Source: Antedon mediterranea
Taxonomy: Eukaryota > Animalia > Echinodermata
Length of the DNA stretch: 64,000 nt
NCBI RefSeq assembly: GCF_964355755.1
Contig: NC_092670.1
Coordinates: 39,606,388-39,670,387 of the forward strand
Direction: 5' to 3'
Positions within the stretch are counted from its first letter, which is position 1, and the number at the start of each line of letters is the position of its first letter. The notes beneath the pieces were generated by a model that worked only from the letters and a program-made list of their open reading frames with translations, made no database searches and was not told where the DNA came from. This document shows positions 33,961-48,400 of the stretch, piece by piece. The position numbers and the translations under genes are program-made.

Positions 33961-36439
33961 CTATTTACTAAAACTCAAACCATTTGGCGTTTTGCCAAAT
34001 GAAACTTGGTTATTGTTTGAACTGTGTCGCCTCAAGTCTGTGTTTGTGTTTGTAACCGTGCCATTTCCATGCGAAGTGGATGAAAAGTCCGACACTTTTT
34101 TAGAAGCGGCAAAAGAACTGTTCCTACGATCACTGGAATACCAAGTACTACTTCTGGTTCCTCGGAAAGTCGACGATAGCGATTTAAAACGTCTCCTGGT
34201 CTGGCCTGTCCATTGCCTATACTGACGTTTCCAATATTTACGAACATCTCTACTTCTCAAACAATACATGACAAATATAAAGAAACCTTGAAGAGAATTC
34301 AGGATACAGAAGAGTATCTGGATCATCGTAGAGGCCGTACCGATTGCAAAGAACCCAATAAGCCACGTCATTCCCATCACTACAGATATACAAACTGCGT
34401 TCTGCAGTAGTTGCATGCCTTTATTTTTTTTCTGAGTTTGGTGAGCTTGTTTTGATACTTTGCCCAGTTTACTTAGACTGTATAACACCATCACAAATAT
34501 TACCACGTTAAAGATCAATAGGATTGCTATGGGTATTGCTACGCTGTAATACATGCGGGTTAGAACAAGGAAACAACTGCAACGAAACAAAAACAACTAA
34601 TAACATTAATGAAAATAGTGAAAACATTTCAGAAAGAAGAAGAAAATGTTTTCACAACTAATAACATGTATTATGAAACCAGAAATGGCTGATTCAGCAG
34701 ACAAGGCCTAAAAATGGTAAAATGTAAGTGCTGAACTGAGCCTAATGTCCTTTTGCATTTTAAATTTCAACATTTGGGAATTAATTTGTAGTAATTTTGG
34801 GGTTTAAATAATTCAGAAATGATTCACTTACTAGTTGTCTGTATTTGCATAATTATCGACATCAATTGCTATAGTTACAACAACAATCACAACTGGTATG
34901 CCTGTAAAATAAAGATTATAACATGAATGTCATCATTATGTTCAGATGGTACTGTAATAATGATGTCATTATTTCTATCTTTATTTTGAATTGTCATATT
35001 AAAAAAAAAATTGTTTATTTCATACGCATCCAACAGTGAGCACAAACTCGCCAATTACAGGTAAAACTATTTTATAATAAGTCTCATCTCAGGCTTAGGA
35101 GTGGAGTTGAAAGAGTTGTGAGTTACAACCCTGGCACTAGGTCAGGACCTTTGGATTTAGAGGTCAGGACCTTTGGATTTAGAGGCAAGCACGTTAACCA
35201 CCAAGCTACAGCTCCACTACTAATTATCATCAAATCAGTTAGTGCACAACTGATCAACAATTTTAAATTACATAAAATAAGTTTGAGTATTCCACAAATA
35301 TATACGCCTTTGGATGTCTTAAACAGCACTGATTGAATACATGGCAAAGACTTACCCCAACCAAAGAGACACGCTTTTAGGAAAAATCTAGAAACATGCG
35401 TATCCAGAACTTTAACAAATGAATAATACATATTAATAGCTTGTACAGTCATCCAAAAGATTGACGTCAGTAAAAAGTAGTGAATTAGTCCGGCAATAGC
35501 TATGCAAGAGCCCTCTTTATCATTTTTGTCAATCCCTACGAGAAAGATGATGTATAAACAGAGTAGCGATACACACAGGTGGCACAGAATCTGTTGAGGT
35601 TTACTTTTACGTAGCTTCCTGAAATAAGAAATAGTAATCATGCAAGTTAGTTTAAACTGTGAATCGGAACTTGATATGTGTAAGAGAGTTCTTGATATAA
35701 GTTTGACTTTCTTGACGTTTCGATCAATATGATTTGAGCGTCCTCAGGAGTGAGAACGTAAGAGATTTATTAAAGTTTAATTTAAGATATTTTATAGAGG
35801 GTACTCTACGACCGAGTAGATTCTTGTCATTTGATTGGAGGATTGTGTTTTCCATAACTACTCCATTGAACTCTTACGTCATCAAGACATCAATTTCGTA
35901 ATATGTCAATTGAATTTTGTTGCCCGTTTTTTTTATACACATACTTGCAGAAAAACAACTGCTAGTTGAGCCAAGTTTTTGTGTTTAAATAAAGCATATT
36001 ATTATTATAGCATTTTGGTATGCACGACACAAGGCTAGGCTGTTGACTGATCGTGTATGAAAATCAACCTCTAGTGTGAGCCTTTTACTGCCTCTCCAAA
36101 GAGTTTTAGGTCTTTTCTCTCAATAAAAATAGGTGTGTTATAAAACAAATAATGAATATTTTATATACCTGCAATGGCACAGATAATTTCATTCGATGAA
36201 AGATGGAAAATGTTCTATTTTCATCTAATTTTTTTACGCTTAGTGCACAAATTTTACAGGTTTCAAACAGATCCAAATGCTTAGAGAGGGTCCTACATAG
36301 TAATGTGTTAATTTTTCTATTACCTGTTGCTTGTGAAAGTAAAAATAGTTGCAATTAAGCATGCAATTGATATACCAAGACCAATATATGTGATGTATTC
36401 TGCTATTTCGTTTTCCACTATTGTATCCGAATAAAAATT
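33961..36439 (-). CDS. Adhesion GPCR 7TM (class B2, ADGRG-like) and cytoplasmic tail exons
   Basis: YITYIGLGISIACLIATI; KLRKSKPQQILCHLCVSL; CIAIAGLIHYFLLTSIFWMTVQAINMY; GWGIP; YCFL; MGMTWLIGF; LFCILNSLQGFFIFVMYCLR; Ser/Arg-rich tail. Confidence 0.93.
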
Positions 36440-39400
36440 CTGAAAAGGAAAAAAATATAAATCAACAAATCCACTCATGAGAGGAATGGGTTAACATTTG
36501 ACCTTTAACCCCTGTAGGTATACAGGAAAAACCAATGAATGTCTATCATGACATATCCCTCTTTATTGTGTCCAACCAAAAATAGCTACAGCTCCGTCAA
36601 ACACTATCAAACTAGTTTGACCAAAAAGTGTGATGTGTAGTGATATGACATCATCATGTCCATACATGGGCACATCACATTTGTTTGTCACATAAAGTTT
36701 GATACTGTAGACAGGGCTTGATGACTAACCATAAGAACAGCAAAATTTGTTAAATGGTCACACTGGCAAACTTGTCTGTCACTGCCATCCATAGAGCCAT
36801 TGGCTAAGTAGCAGCCATCACTTGACCAGCCACCAACATCACCGTAAAGTTTGAAATCCCAAAACACACAGGTGGTCTCATTATTATTCATGGATATCTA
36901 CATACAAGAAAAATACACAGGTGGTCTCATGTTATTATGGATATCTACATACAAAGAAAAAACACAGGTGGTCTCATTATTATTCATAGCCTATATCTAC
37001 ATACAAGAAAAAGCACACACAGGTGGACACATTATAATTCATAGATATTTACATACAAGTGGTCTTCCATATTACCTCAGATGGTATAAATGTTGTTGTA
37101 ATTGGTTCTGGTAAATTGTTCAATTCAACTCCAGGTATTGAAAGAGAAATGACTTGACCGTTTGGTCGTCTGGTTTCAGTATCAAACTGAGTGGTTGGAA
37201 ACAGTGAGCTATCATTATATACTACTGTAATCACACGGAACTCGTCGCTGCCTGATACAAAAAAAAAGGAAGCAATATTATATTTGCACAATAAGAAAAT
37301 GAGGTAAAAAAATATGTATATTTATTCACTGTGTGTATCTAGGGACGTGTTTCCTTGCTCTCCACATCTCAACACAATTTTGATGATTTCTACGTTTCAT
37401 ACGTGCATGATCCAAAAACTGACCGGGGTGAGAATGTGCAGGCCATTGAGAGCTTGATTATATGTGCTATATATAACAATGAACTATTATTATTATTGTT
37501 AAAATAATTTAATTTGGCTTCGTATGATTATTTTTTGATGAAGTTTCTTTTTTTCTAAGCCAAAAAGTATTGTTACATATATATAAATATTATTATTATT
37601 ATTTGATGTTCAGTGTCTCTGTGTGTGTGTAATGATAACACTAATATTCTCACATACCAGATGAGGTTGTAATCATTGACGAAACTCCTGGAGGAATATA
37701 AATACTGACAGACGCCAAGTTATCCAACTGTTCACTGAACTCTGTGACGTCCGTGATTTCATTGTTGTCTGATGATTGGAAAGACGCAAACCCAAAACCA
37801 AGGTCAAGTTCGTCCATGTTTAATATTTGCGCTTGTACTGCTACGTTGCTGGTAACCATTTCATATTTATCGTTTTCTAAATCAACGATTGCTAATTGTT
37901 CTTCGAGAGATTCAATAATTCTACTCGGAGCGTTTGATTCCATCTGGCTCTCTAAGAGGACGTCATCTTCAATTTCAAACAGACTAGCAACAGTGTCAAC
38001 TAATGTTGATGTAACCTAGACGGGAATTGTAATAAAATAAATAATAATAGCCGGATAACTAATTATTTCATCTGTAACTTTCTAGGAGAACATCATCGTA
38101 CAGTAAAAATTATCATTATCAGATGAACTTAGGAAAATGTTAGCAGAAGACGACCCCGGATTTTTCAAATGGGAGATTGCTAACATGGTATAGGGGAGGG
38201 GGCTTCTCTGCATTGGATTGGCCCCTGGTTAATAATTAATATTGCGAAACTGAAAAAAAGGAGGAAAGAATAAAAACAGGAATGAAAAATAGAACAATGG
38301 AAACTCACTTGAGGTGACGTTGAATTGACAGCAACAATACTTTCAATAATGTCTGCAGTGGTTGTTAGACCATCTGATGTAATGTTGTCTGATCCACTTG
38401 TAATGTTGTTTACTGCAGTAATTACTTCTTCTGCATTATCTTCAGTAACTTCCACCTGAAAATAATCATTTAGGTGAGATAAAATGGGAAATATTATATG
38501 ATGTATGTTCTCTGAAAAAATAATTTTTTGTTATTTCATATGTATCCAACAGTAAGCACAAACTCGCCAATTACAGTATGGATAAACTATTTTATAGTTT
38601 ATCGTGCTTATAAACTAAGTATTATTTGAGGCTTAGGGAGTGGAGTTTAAAGGGTAAAGAGTTACAACCCTGGTACTAGGTCAGGATTGAACCCTGGACC
38701 TTGGAATTGGAAGGCAAGCATGTTAACCACCAAGCTACAGCTCCACTTTATCAATGAATCTGAATTTTTTTTGGTACAACTAACCTCATTCAGTCGTTCC
38801 AAAAGTTCGTCTGCTGTAGCATCTCGACCGCAGTTTTGGTATTCCACCTGACAAGTTGCGGCAGATAGACCATCGCTATAGCAAGTACAATTGGCTTGCA
38901 TCTTGTCATCTATATTAGAAAGATATATATTTTAATTTCCAATTTCAAATGTCAAGTAGTGGTTAAAGGCAAAGCTTTCAAACACTATCAATGTGCCTAA
39001 TATGGTAGTGATGTGCCCAAATATATTAGTGATATGACATCATCGTGTCCATATATGGGCATATCACGTTTTCTTGTCACATAAAGTTTGATGGTGTAGA
39101 CAGAGCTTTATACATACTGTATCAATATGAAATGTCAGTTTCACAATTGTAACTTACAATTCACTGTACTTTGTGGGCAAAATTCTCTGGATGCTACGGT
39201 TTGACCAACATCAGCAGGCTCAAATGTTACGTCACCTATCATCCCTCCGCTACAACGCTCTGTAAGTTAATTTAACACGAGTTTACTGAACTATTTAGGA
39301 AAAACCATAAAATTACAATTGAAGACTCGACAATGTAACCCCCTACTCGTCACATGAGGTAGATGTGTACACTGGACCTACAGTTTATAGTCCTTATCCG

Positions 39401-42400
39401 AGAAAACTCGTTCTACAAGTAAAAAACTTAAATATTTATAGAGTTAAGTTAAATACTTAATATCTAAGGGCCTGATAGTGTCTGAGCCATTCTATATCTT
39501 ACCAGTGCTAAATACAGCAATACTATCAGCATCAATAAACCCTTCTGTTTCAGCTAACAATGTCAATTCGTTGAATAAACCTTCACTGAATTCAGTGTAC
39601 GATATGTCTCCACTTGGCGTGTAGATGTTGACGTCAGCAATCACGCTTCCAGAACTTAACTTACGAACTTGCACAAATATATCGCTTAATGTGCTTAGAC
39701 CATTCGTTAACTTTAAAAAAAAAAGGATTTTTTTAGAAATTATCAAATAGATCAAAAACTGTTTTAATTACTTATTTTCAATAAAAACATTTTTAATTGT
39801 AAGTAACCAGTTTAGAAATTGTTTTAAATAATTATTTTCATTTAAAACATTTTTAATTGAAGTAACCGGTTTAGTACATCGAACTAAGAAAGGACCAGAT
39901 AATTTTGAGCGATTTGACATTATTAATTGTCTCTAAATTTCGCTTTTTTTCTGCACTTTGTTAAAAACGATTACTAACACCACTTTGATTTTAAAACAAA
40001 CTTACCAAACTTGCAATGAGTGTAGACGTGTTTTTAAATTCTTCAGACATAGTATCGGCCAATGCTGAATTATATGTTAAAGTCAGGAATGACATTACCA
40101 CCGGTACTGTGTATGCATCTAAATGATATTTTAAAAAAATATAAAAAACAATAATTCCAATTAAGTGGTTCCTACTAGAACTCAACAGATGTATACAGGA
40201 AATTAAATCAGATTTCATGCAGACAGGGCAAACACAATTATTTACAGTACGTAGGTTGCTTTACGTTGTGTTGCTAGTGGAAACCAAACTTTATACTGTA
40301 TTTATTCAAATAACGGCAAGGGTTTAATACAAGTTATAATTATTTGTTTTCGTTTTTTTTTTCTACGAAAGTGATTACCATTATTAAAACTACAAAATAA
40401 CCTATTCAAAGTCGGATTCATTTTTCATGTTTTTGGGGGACATTGAATACATCTAAAGAGCAAGCTACACTCAGCACAAATACACTAATTTGCTTTTATT
40501 AGGAAACATTATAAACAGTAAAACAGGATTTGAATTTTCTTCTAGTGCTGAAACCTTCTTTGAACATTTCACAATATTATAATAAGTAGTAACCTGCAGC
40601 AATGAGAATCGCTTCCTCTGACATTGCTGTTTCAGCCTCGTGTGGTGACACTCCAAACGCTTTGCAGTAGTAATAGCCTTGATTATCCAGACTCAATTCA
40701 ATTGTGAGATATTCTAGACTCTGTGTTTCTGATGGAAGTTCATTGTCGTCTTTATACCAACGCCAATCAACTGAGTAGGTTATGTTGCAATGGAAAGTGG
40801 CTGTACTTTGAAGGTCCTCTCTCAGAGCTAGTGGCTGAATTTCTGCAGTGGGTCTACCTAAAACATTTAAAACAAAAATGGAGTTATATAGTTTAAAAAA
40901 TGTTTTCCTTCAAGAACTAAATTAAATTGCTGAGTTACTTGCTGTTTGATGAGTATGAAATAAAAAACAATGCTAATTTGAACTAGTGCTTTTCCACCAG
41001 GAAAAGAGTAATATCATGTAAAATATTTACCTGGTTCAATTTCACAAATGTCGCCCTCATACAATATCGGACATTTGCATACAAATTCTGACTCTAATTG
41101 CGCACACGTTCCACCATTCATACAAGGATTTGAAGTACAAGAATCTGGTGAAACAAATAAATTTGCATTAGACACAATCAATCAATTCTACAGTTCTGTC
41201 TACACTATCAGACTAGTTTGAAAAAAAAAGTGTAATGTGCCCAAATATGATAATAATATGACATCATCGTATCCATATATGGGAACATCACATTTTTTTG
41301 TCACATAAAGTTTGATAAACAGAGCTTTATATAAGAGAATGGACAAAACAAACATTTTTAAATCTAATTATACCTCCTACTGTGATTTCAAATTGACAGG
41401 TAGCGTTGTTTCCTGATTGGTCAACTCCGGTGTATGTCACTATATACTGACCAACAGTAAATACATTCCCTGAAATTTCAGTTGAACTTAGCAGCACAGT
41501 TTCTCCAGAATTATCGGTATACTCCGGATCTTCCCAAGTAACATTTATTCCAGAGGGAGAGGTTGCCACAACAATGATTTCGCCAGGGCAGTCTAAAACT
41601 GGTGATTCTTTATCTATCAAGAAATAAACAGTGGTAAAAAGTTCAGTAGAATTATAAACTTGTTACAGAAATGTTCATGCGGTCATGCGTGTAGCCGCAT
41701 GAAAACAAAATATTGACGCTCTATTTGAGTGGAACCGCGTCGGAACAGGTGTGAAAGACCCTCAACAAATGCAAAAATAAAGAGTGAATTACCTTCAACA
41801 GTGACATTAAATGTACATTCGGCGGTGTTACTGCTGTTATCACTGGCAGTGTAAATGACGATACTAGTTCCTATTTCAAATGAACTACCAGGATTTTCTG
41901 AAGCTACAAGAGTCGCTTGACCTGAATTGTCTTCAATTACAGGAGTTTCCCAAGTTACTTGAGTGGTAGACAACATTAAATCAGTTTCCTCAACGATACT
42001 AACTGGACAAGTTTGAAATATTGGATCTTGATCATCTAGAATGAATCAATTTAAATGTCAAGACTTTTTTGTGGAGTATTCAAGAGGACAACCACCAAGT
42101 ACCAAGTATTACCAAGTATTTATTCATCAAATCAAGGAATAAATACATACTTGTATTTGATGGTTGAAGACGGTGAAGTAGAAAGGAATGTATTATTGAA
42201 AGAGTGGGTATGGGAATCCACCATCAAATAAAGAAGTTTAAGTATGAACAGTATGTTTACTTAAACATGGGATAAACCTGACAATCACATAACATTTACA
42301 AAAACAGTAAAATGCTTGAAAAATAAAATTATCTAAGTGCATGTTAAAATGAAAACCTGAAATAAATTAATCACACCTTGTTATTACCATTTAGAGCCAA

Positions 42401-45400
42401 TACCTAAGCCTCATAATAAGATTAGAAAATGGGGGTTCAAATTTCTGTAACTTGTTTACAAGCAGCATGTCTAGGGGACTGCACTGGACTGCCTTGGATA
42501 AGTTGTTTACCTATGTACTCCTTCCTAGAAGGAGACGGAAAGCCAGACAGTGGCATGTTATAAAAGATACTTGATTTGCTCTTGATGAAAGAAGACATGT
42601 TTTGTTAATTAATTAACTCTAAGTACAGAGTAATAATTATCTGACTATTTATTTTACAAGTCTTAATAGATCCCAATATAACAATAAGTTCAACCTTATA
42701 CATGGGCTAAAACAAACATGGTACCTTTGACAATAACGTTAAAAGAGCACTTGTCCATGTTGCCAAACACATCTGTAACCACATACTCTAAAGTTGTGAC
42801 ACCGATAAAAAAGATTTGTCCAGATTGGTTGTATTGAGTACCGGACCCAGACACGCTCAAGTCTTCAGTGTTGTCTGTGAAGTTAAATGACCAGCTGCTG
42901 ACCAATGCAAAAGCTGACCCATCATCAGCGAAGATATCAATATTGTCAGGACAAAATATACTTGGGTTTTCTTCATCTATTTACAGTTTGTAAAAATGTC
43001 AAATAGAAGATTACTATTCATAGTTAATTTTTATATATTTTTTTTTTTATTTTATTCAATCGAAACCAACAGCGATAATTACCGTCACTAACAGAGACAA
43101 TAAAGACAATATAAATAATAATTACGCCTACCACCATTGGTAAAAAAAATTAAGTTTATAGTATGATAATGCAGACGTTGATAATAACAATATACAGATA
43201 AAATTAGTACCAACAACTGTTGTAAGTCCTGGTAAACTAAAGATATAACTATAATAAAAATAGTATATCATATCATAATTTTAAAAAGTCCTTATAATTT
43301 GTGTACATGACTAAATATTCAATTCCCTAAACATTTTATTCTATAGTAGTATCTACATAGACATTCAAAGACATTAAAGTGAAGAAAGCTGAAAATCTAT
43401 AGAAATGTGGAGAAATCAGTTGGCACAATTTCCATTTTGTCAACAAAATAGCATTTAGTGGCAAACTTTATGAGAAAATGTCAAATGTTTCAAACTTTCT
43501 CCTGTAAAAATAAAAAGTAAGAAGAAAAACACAATGCATGCTCATATACAAACCTCTGTTTGAAAGTTATAAAACAGCTTATAAAACAATCTTCTACAAC
43601 TTTGACAAGATAATACTTGATTATCTTCCCGTAAAATGACCAAATAAAAGAAGAAATAGCAAGCCGTTCGCGCGCAAAACAAAACAGAGCGAAAAGAATA
43701 ATAATATACTCGCATACAGTTATATGGCTACAAACAAAAAACTATCTGCCAGTAAATCTACACCGTAACCACAACAGTAGTAGTAGTCTATATCTACTGA
43801 CAAATGTCTCTAATTTTACGCATTATCAACAAGAACCAAATAATTGAACAACTTTATACCTATACACCTCATACAAATAAGTAGTAAAGTATTATACTCT
43901 TCAAATATGCATTTTTCTTTATTGTTCTGATATCAATTACAATCAATGCTTTATAATGAATTTTCTTGTTTTTTTCACTCGCCATTGAAAATTCATTATT
44001 TATTGATTAATAGTAATCATATCAGAAACTAAAAAAAAATGTTATTTGATGGAAAACACTGTGATCAATTCTGAAGGATATAATTGATCACACAAGTTGA
44101 AAAAAGACATTAAACATTTGACACCATGTGTGCAGTTGGTATCACCTCTCCTATCTCTAAGGAAATAGCCAAGTATATATACTGTAGATAGAACAGAAAA
44201 TATGTAAAACATGATAATTTTCCACCTTAAGTATTGATGTTAGACAGACTTACAATTATCCTATTATTATATTCAGCAAATTTAAATTCCTTACCAAACA
44301 CTTTTATATAGAAAGTACATTCTGCCATATTCCCATACACATCAGTAGCTTCACATGTTACATTTTGTCTTGTCACCGGCCAGATCGCTTCAAATTGATC
44401 GCCAGATTCTCTACTACAGGTCCAAGTTACATTGCCTGAGTTGTCACTTACTGATACATTCCATGAGATAGTGGAATATGCTTGACCAAGATCAGTTAAT
44501 GCTACATCAATGTTGTCAGGACATGTTAACATAGGTTCATCATCATCTAAGAACACAAAAAACAAAAAAAGTTTTTTTATATATTAATAACACTGTCAAA
44601 AAGCCAAAATCACCTTCTGAGTAAAAAAGTAAGTTACTTGCCTGCAACATTTACTGTAAAAGAACAATTGGCCGAGTTGCCAAATATGTCTTCAGCAAAA
44701 TATTCAATTGTTGTTGTGCCAACATAAAATTCTTGTCCTGAACTATCGTAGTTTGTACCAGAGCCAGTCACAATTACATCATACATTTCTGGACTGTTGT
44801 CTGTGATGCTCACTGACCAGCTGACCATTGCTTTATTTGACCCATTGGTAGTGAAGACATCAATATCATTGGGACACGAAAAAACTGGGTTTTCTTCATC
44901 TAAAAACATTGGACAAACCATATAAATTGAAAAAAAAAACGTAAAGGAATATTTTGCTTTGTATAAAATTCATGATTAAGTAAATTCTTACCAATTACAA
45001 TAACATAAAAAGTACATTCTGCCATATTCCCATACACATCAGTAGCTTCACATGTTACATTTTGTCTTGTCACTGGCCAGATCACATCAAATTGATCACC
45101 AGATTCTCTACTACAGATCCAAGTTACATTGCCCGAGTTGTCACTTACTGATACATTCCATGAGATAGTGGAATATGCTTGACCAGGATCAGTTAATGCT
45201 ACATCAATGTTGTCAGGACATGTTAACATAGGTTCATCATCATCTAAGAACACAAAAAACAAAAAAAGTTTTTTTATATATTAATAACACTGTCAAAGCC
45301 AAAATCACCTTCTGAGTAAAAAAGTAAGTTACTTGCCTGCAACATTTACTGTAAAAGAACAATTGGCAGAGTTGCCAAATATATCTTCAGCAATATATTC

Positions 45401-48400
45401 TATCGTTGTTGTGCCAACATAAAATTCTTGTCCTGAACTATCGTAGTTTGTACCAGAGCCAGTCACAATTACATCGTATATTTCTGGACTGTTGTCAGTG
45501 ATGGTCACTGACCAGCTGACCATTGCTTTATTGGACCCGTTGGTAGTGAAGACATCAATATCACTGGGACACGAAACAACTGGTTGTTCTTTATCTAAAA
45601 ACATTGGACAAAAAAGAATGTGTATAAAAAAAGATGATAGTAGAATTTTTCAGGTGCAAAATTTTACTTATATAATTATTAAGTGAAGTAGAAAAGTCTT
45701 ACCAATTACAATGACATAAAAAGTACATTCAGCCATATTCCCATACACATCAGTGGCTTCACATGTTACATTTTGTCTTGTCACTGGCCAGATTACATCA
45801 AATTCTTCACCAGATTCTCTACTACAGGTCCAAGTTACATTGCCTGAGTTGTCACTTACTGATACATTCCATGAGACAGTGGAATATTCTTGACCAGGAT
45901 CAGTTAATGCTACATCAATGTTGTCCGGACATGTTAACATAGGTTCATCATCATCTAAGAACAAAAAAACATTCCCAAAATGTAAGTTTTAAATATATGC
46001 ATTCACATTTATTGATTCCAAATCTGTCAAAGCCACAACCAGCTTTAATTTACCAACTTCATCGGAGTCAAAAAGTATTTTACTTGCCTGCAACCTTTAC
46101 TGTAAAAGAACAATTGGCCGAGTTGCCAAATATGTCTTCAGCAAAATATTCTAATGTTGTTGTGCCAACGTAAAATTCTTGTTTTGAACTATCGTAGTTT
46201 GTACCAGAGCCAGTCACAATTACATCATACATTGCTGGACTGTTGTCTGTGATGCTCACTGACCAGCTGACCATTGCTTTATTGGACCCATTAGTAGTGA
46301 AGACATCAATATCACTGGGACACGAAACAACTGGTTGTTCTTTATCTAAAAATATTTGACAAAAAAAGAATGTGTATGAAAAAAGACGATATTAGAATTT
46401 TTTTCAGGTGTAAAAAAATTAGTTATATAATTATTAAGTGAAGTAGAAAAGTCTTACCAATTACAATAACATAGAAAGTACATTCTGCCATATTTCCATA
46501 CACATCAGTGGCTTCACATGTTACATTCTGTCTTGTCACTGGCCAGATCACATCAAATTGATCACCAGAATCTCTACTACAGGTCCAAGTTACATTGCCT
46601 GAGTTGTCACTTACTGATACATTCCATGAGACAGTGGAATATGCTTGACCAGGATCAGTTAATGCTATATCAATGTTGTCAGGACATGTTAACATAGGTT
46701 CATCATCATCTAAAAACAAAAAAACATTCCCAAAATGTAAGTTTTAAATATATGCATTCACATTTATTGATTCCAACTCTGTCAAAGCCACAATCAGCTT
46801 TAATTTACCAATTTCCTCGGAGTCAAAAAGTATTTTACTTGCCTGCAACATTTACTGTAAAAGAACAATTGGCCGAGTTGCCAAATATGTCTTCAGCAAC
46901 ATATTCTAATGTTGTTGTGCCAACGTAAAATTCTTGTCCTGAACTATCGTAGTTTGTACCAGAGCCAGTCACAATTACATCATACATTGCTGGACTGTTG
47001 TCTGTGATGCTCACTGACCAGCTGACCATTGCTTTATTGGACCCATTAGTAGTGAAGACATCAATATCACTGGGACACGAAACGACTGGTTGTTCTTTAT
47101 CTAAAAACATTGGACAAAAAAGAATGTGTATGAAAAAAGACGATATTAGAATTTTTTTTTTCAGGTGTAAAAAAAGTTAGTTATATAATTATTAAGTGAA
47201 GTAGAAAAGTCTTACCAATTACAATAACATAGAAAGTACATTCTGCCATATTTCCATACACATCAGTAGCTTCACATGTTAAATTCTGTCTTGTCACTGG
47301 CCAGATCACATCAAATTGATCACCAGAATCTCTACTACAGGTCCAAGTTACATTGCCTGAGTTGTCACTTACTGATACATTCCATGAGACAGTGGAATAT
47401 GCTTGACCAGGATCAGTTAATGCTATATCAATGTTGTCAGGACATGTTAACATAGGTTCATCATCATCTAAGGACAAGAAAACCCAAAATGTTTTAAATA
47501 TATGCATTCACATTTAATAATACTAACAACTGTAAAAGCCACAATCAGCTTTAATTTACCAATAACCTCAGAGAAAGAAAGTATGTTACTTGCCTGTAAC
47601 ATTTACTGTAAAAGAACAATTGGCAGAGTTGCCAAATATGTCTTCAGCAACATATTCTATCGTTGTTGTGCCAACATAAAATTCTTGTCCTGAACTATCG
47701 TAGTTTGTACCAGAGCCAGTCACAATTACATCATACATTGCTGGACTGTTGTCTGTGATGCTCACTGACCAGCTGACCATTGCTTTATTGGAACCATTGC
47801 TAGTGAAGACATCAACATCACTGGGACACGAAACAACTGGTTGTTCTTTATCTAAAAACATTGGACAAAAAATAAATTTGTATAAAAAAGACGATAGTAG
47901 AATTTTTCAGGTGTAAAAAGTTAATTAAATAATTATTAAGTGAAGTAGAAAAGTCTTACCAATTACAATGACATAAAAAGTACATTCTGCCATATTTCCA
48001 TACACATCAGTAGCTTCACATGTTACATTTTGTCTTGTCACTGGCCAGATCGCATCAAATTGATCACCAGATGCTCTACTACAGGTCCAAGTTACATTGC
48101 CTGAGTTGTCACTTACTGACACATTCCATGAGATAGTGGAATATGCTTGACCAGGATCAGTTAAAGCTACATCAATGTTGTCAGGACATTCTAACATAGG
48201 TTCATCATCATCTAAGAACAAAAACACCCAAAAAAGTTGTAATATATAGGCATTCAAATGTTACCAACTCTGGCAAAGCCACAATTAGCTAAATTATCAA
48301 TAATACCTCACATTAAAAAATGTTACTTACCTAGAACATTTACTGTAAAAGAACAATTGGCAGAGTTGCCAAATATATCTTCAGCAACATATTCTAATGT

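Noticed and set aside
36866-37058. CRISPR-like repeat array (also 44-50 kb and 57836-58087)
   Set aside because: Eukaryotic context, no unique spacers and no cas genes. These are tandem repeats and exon duplications.
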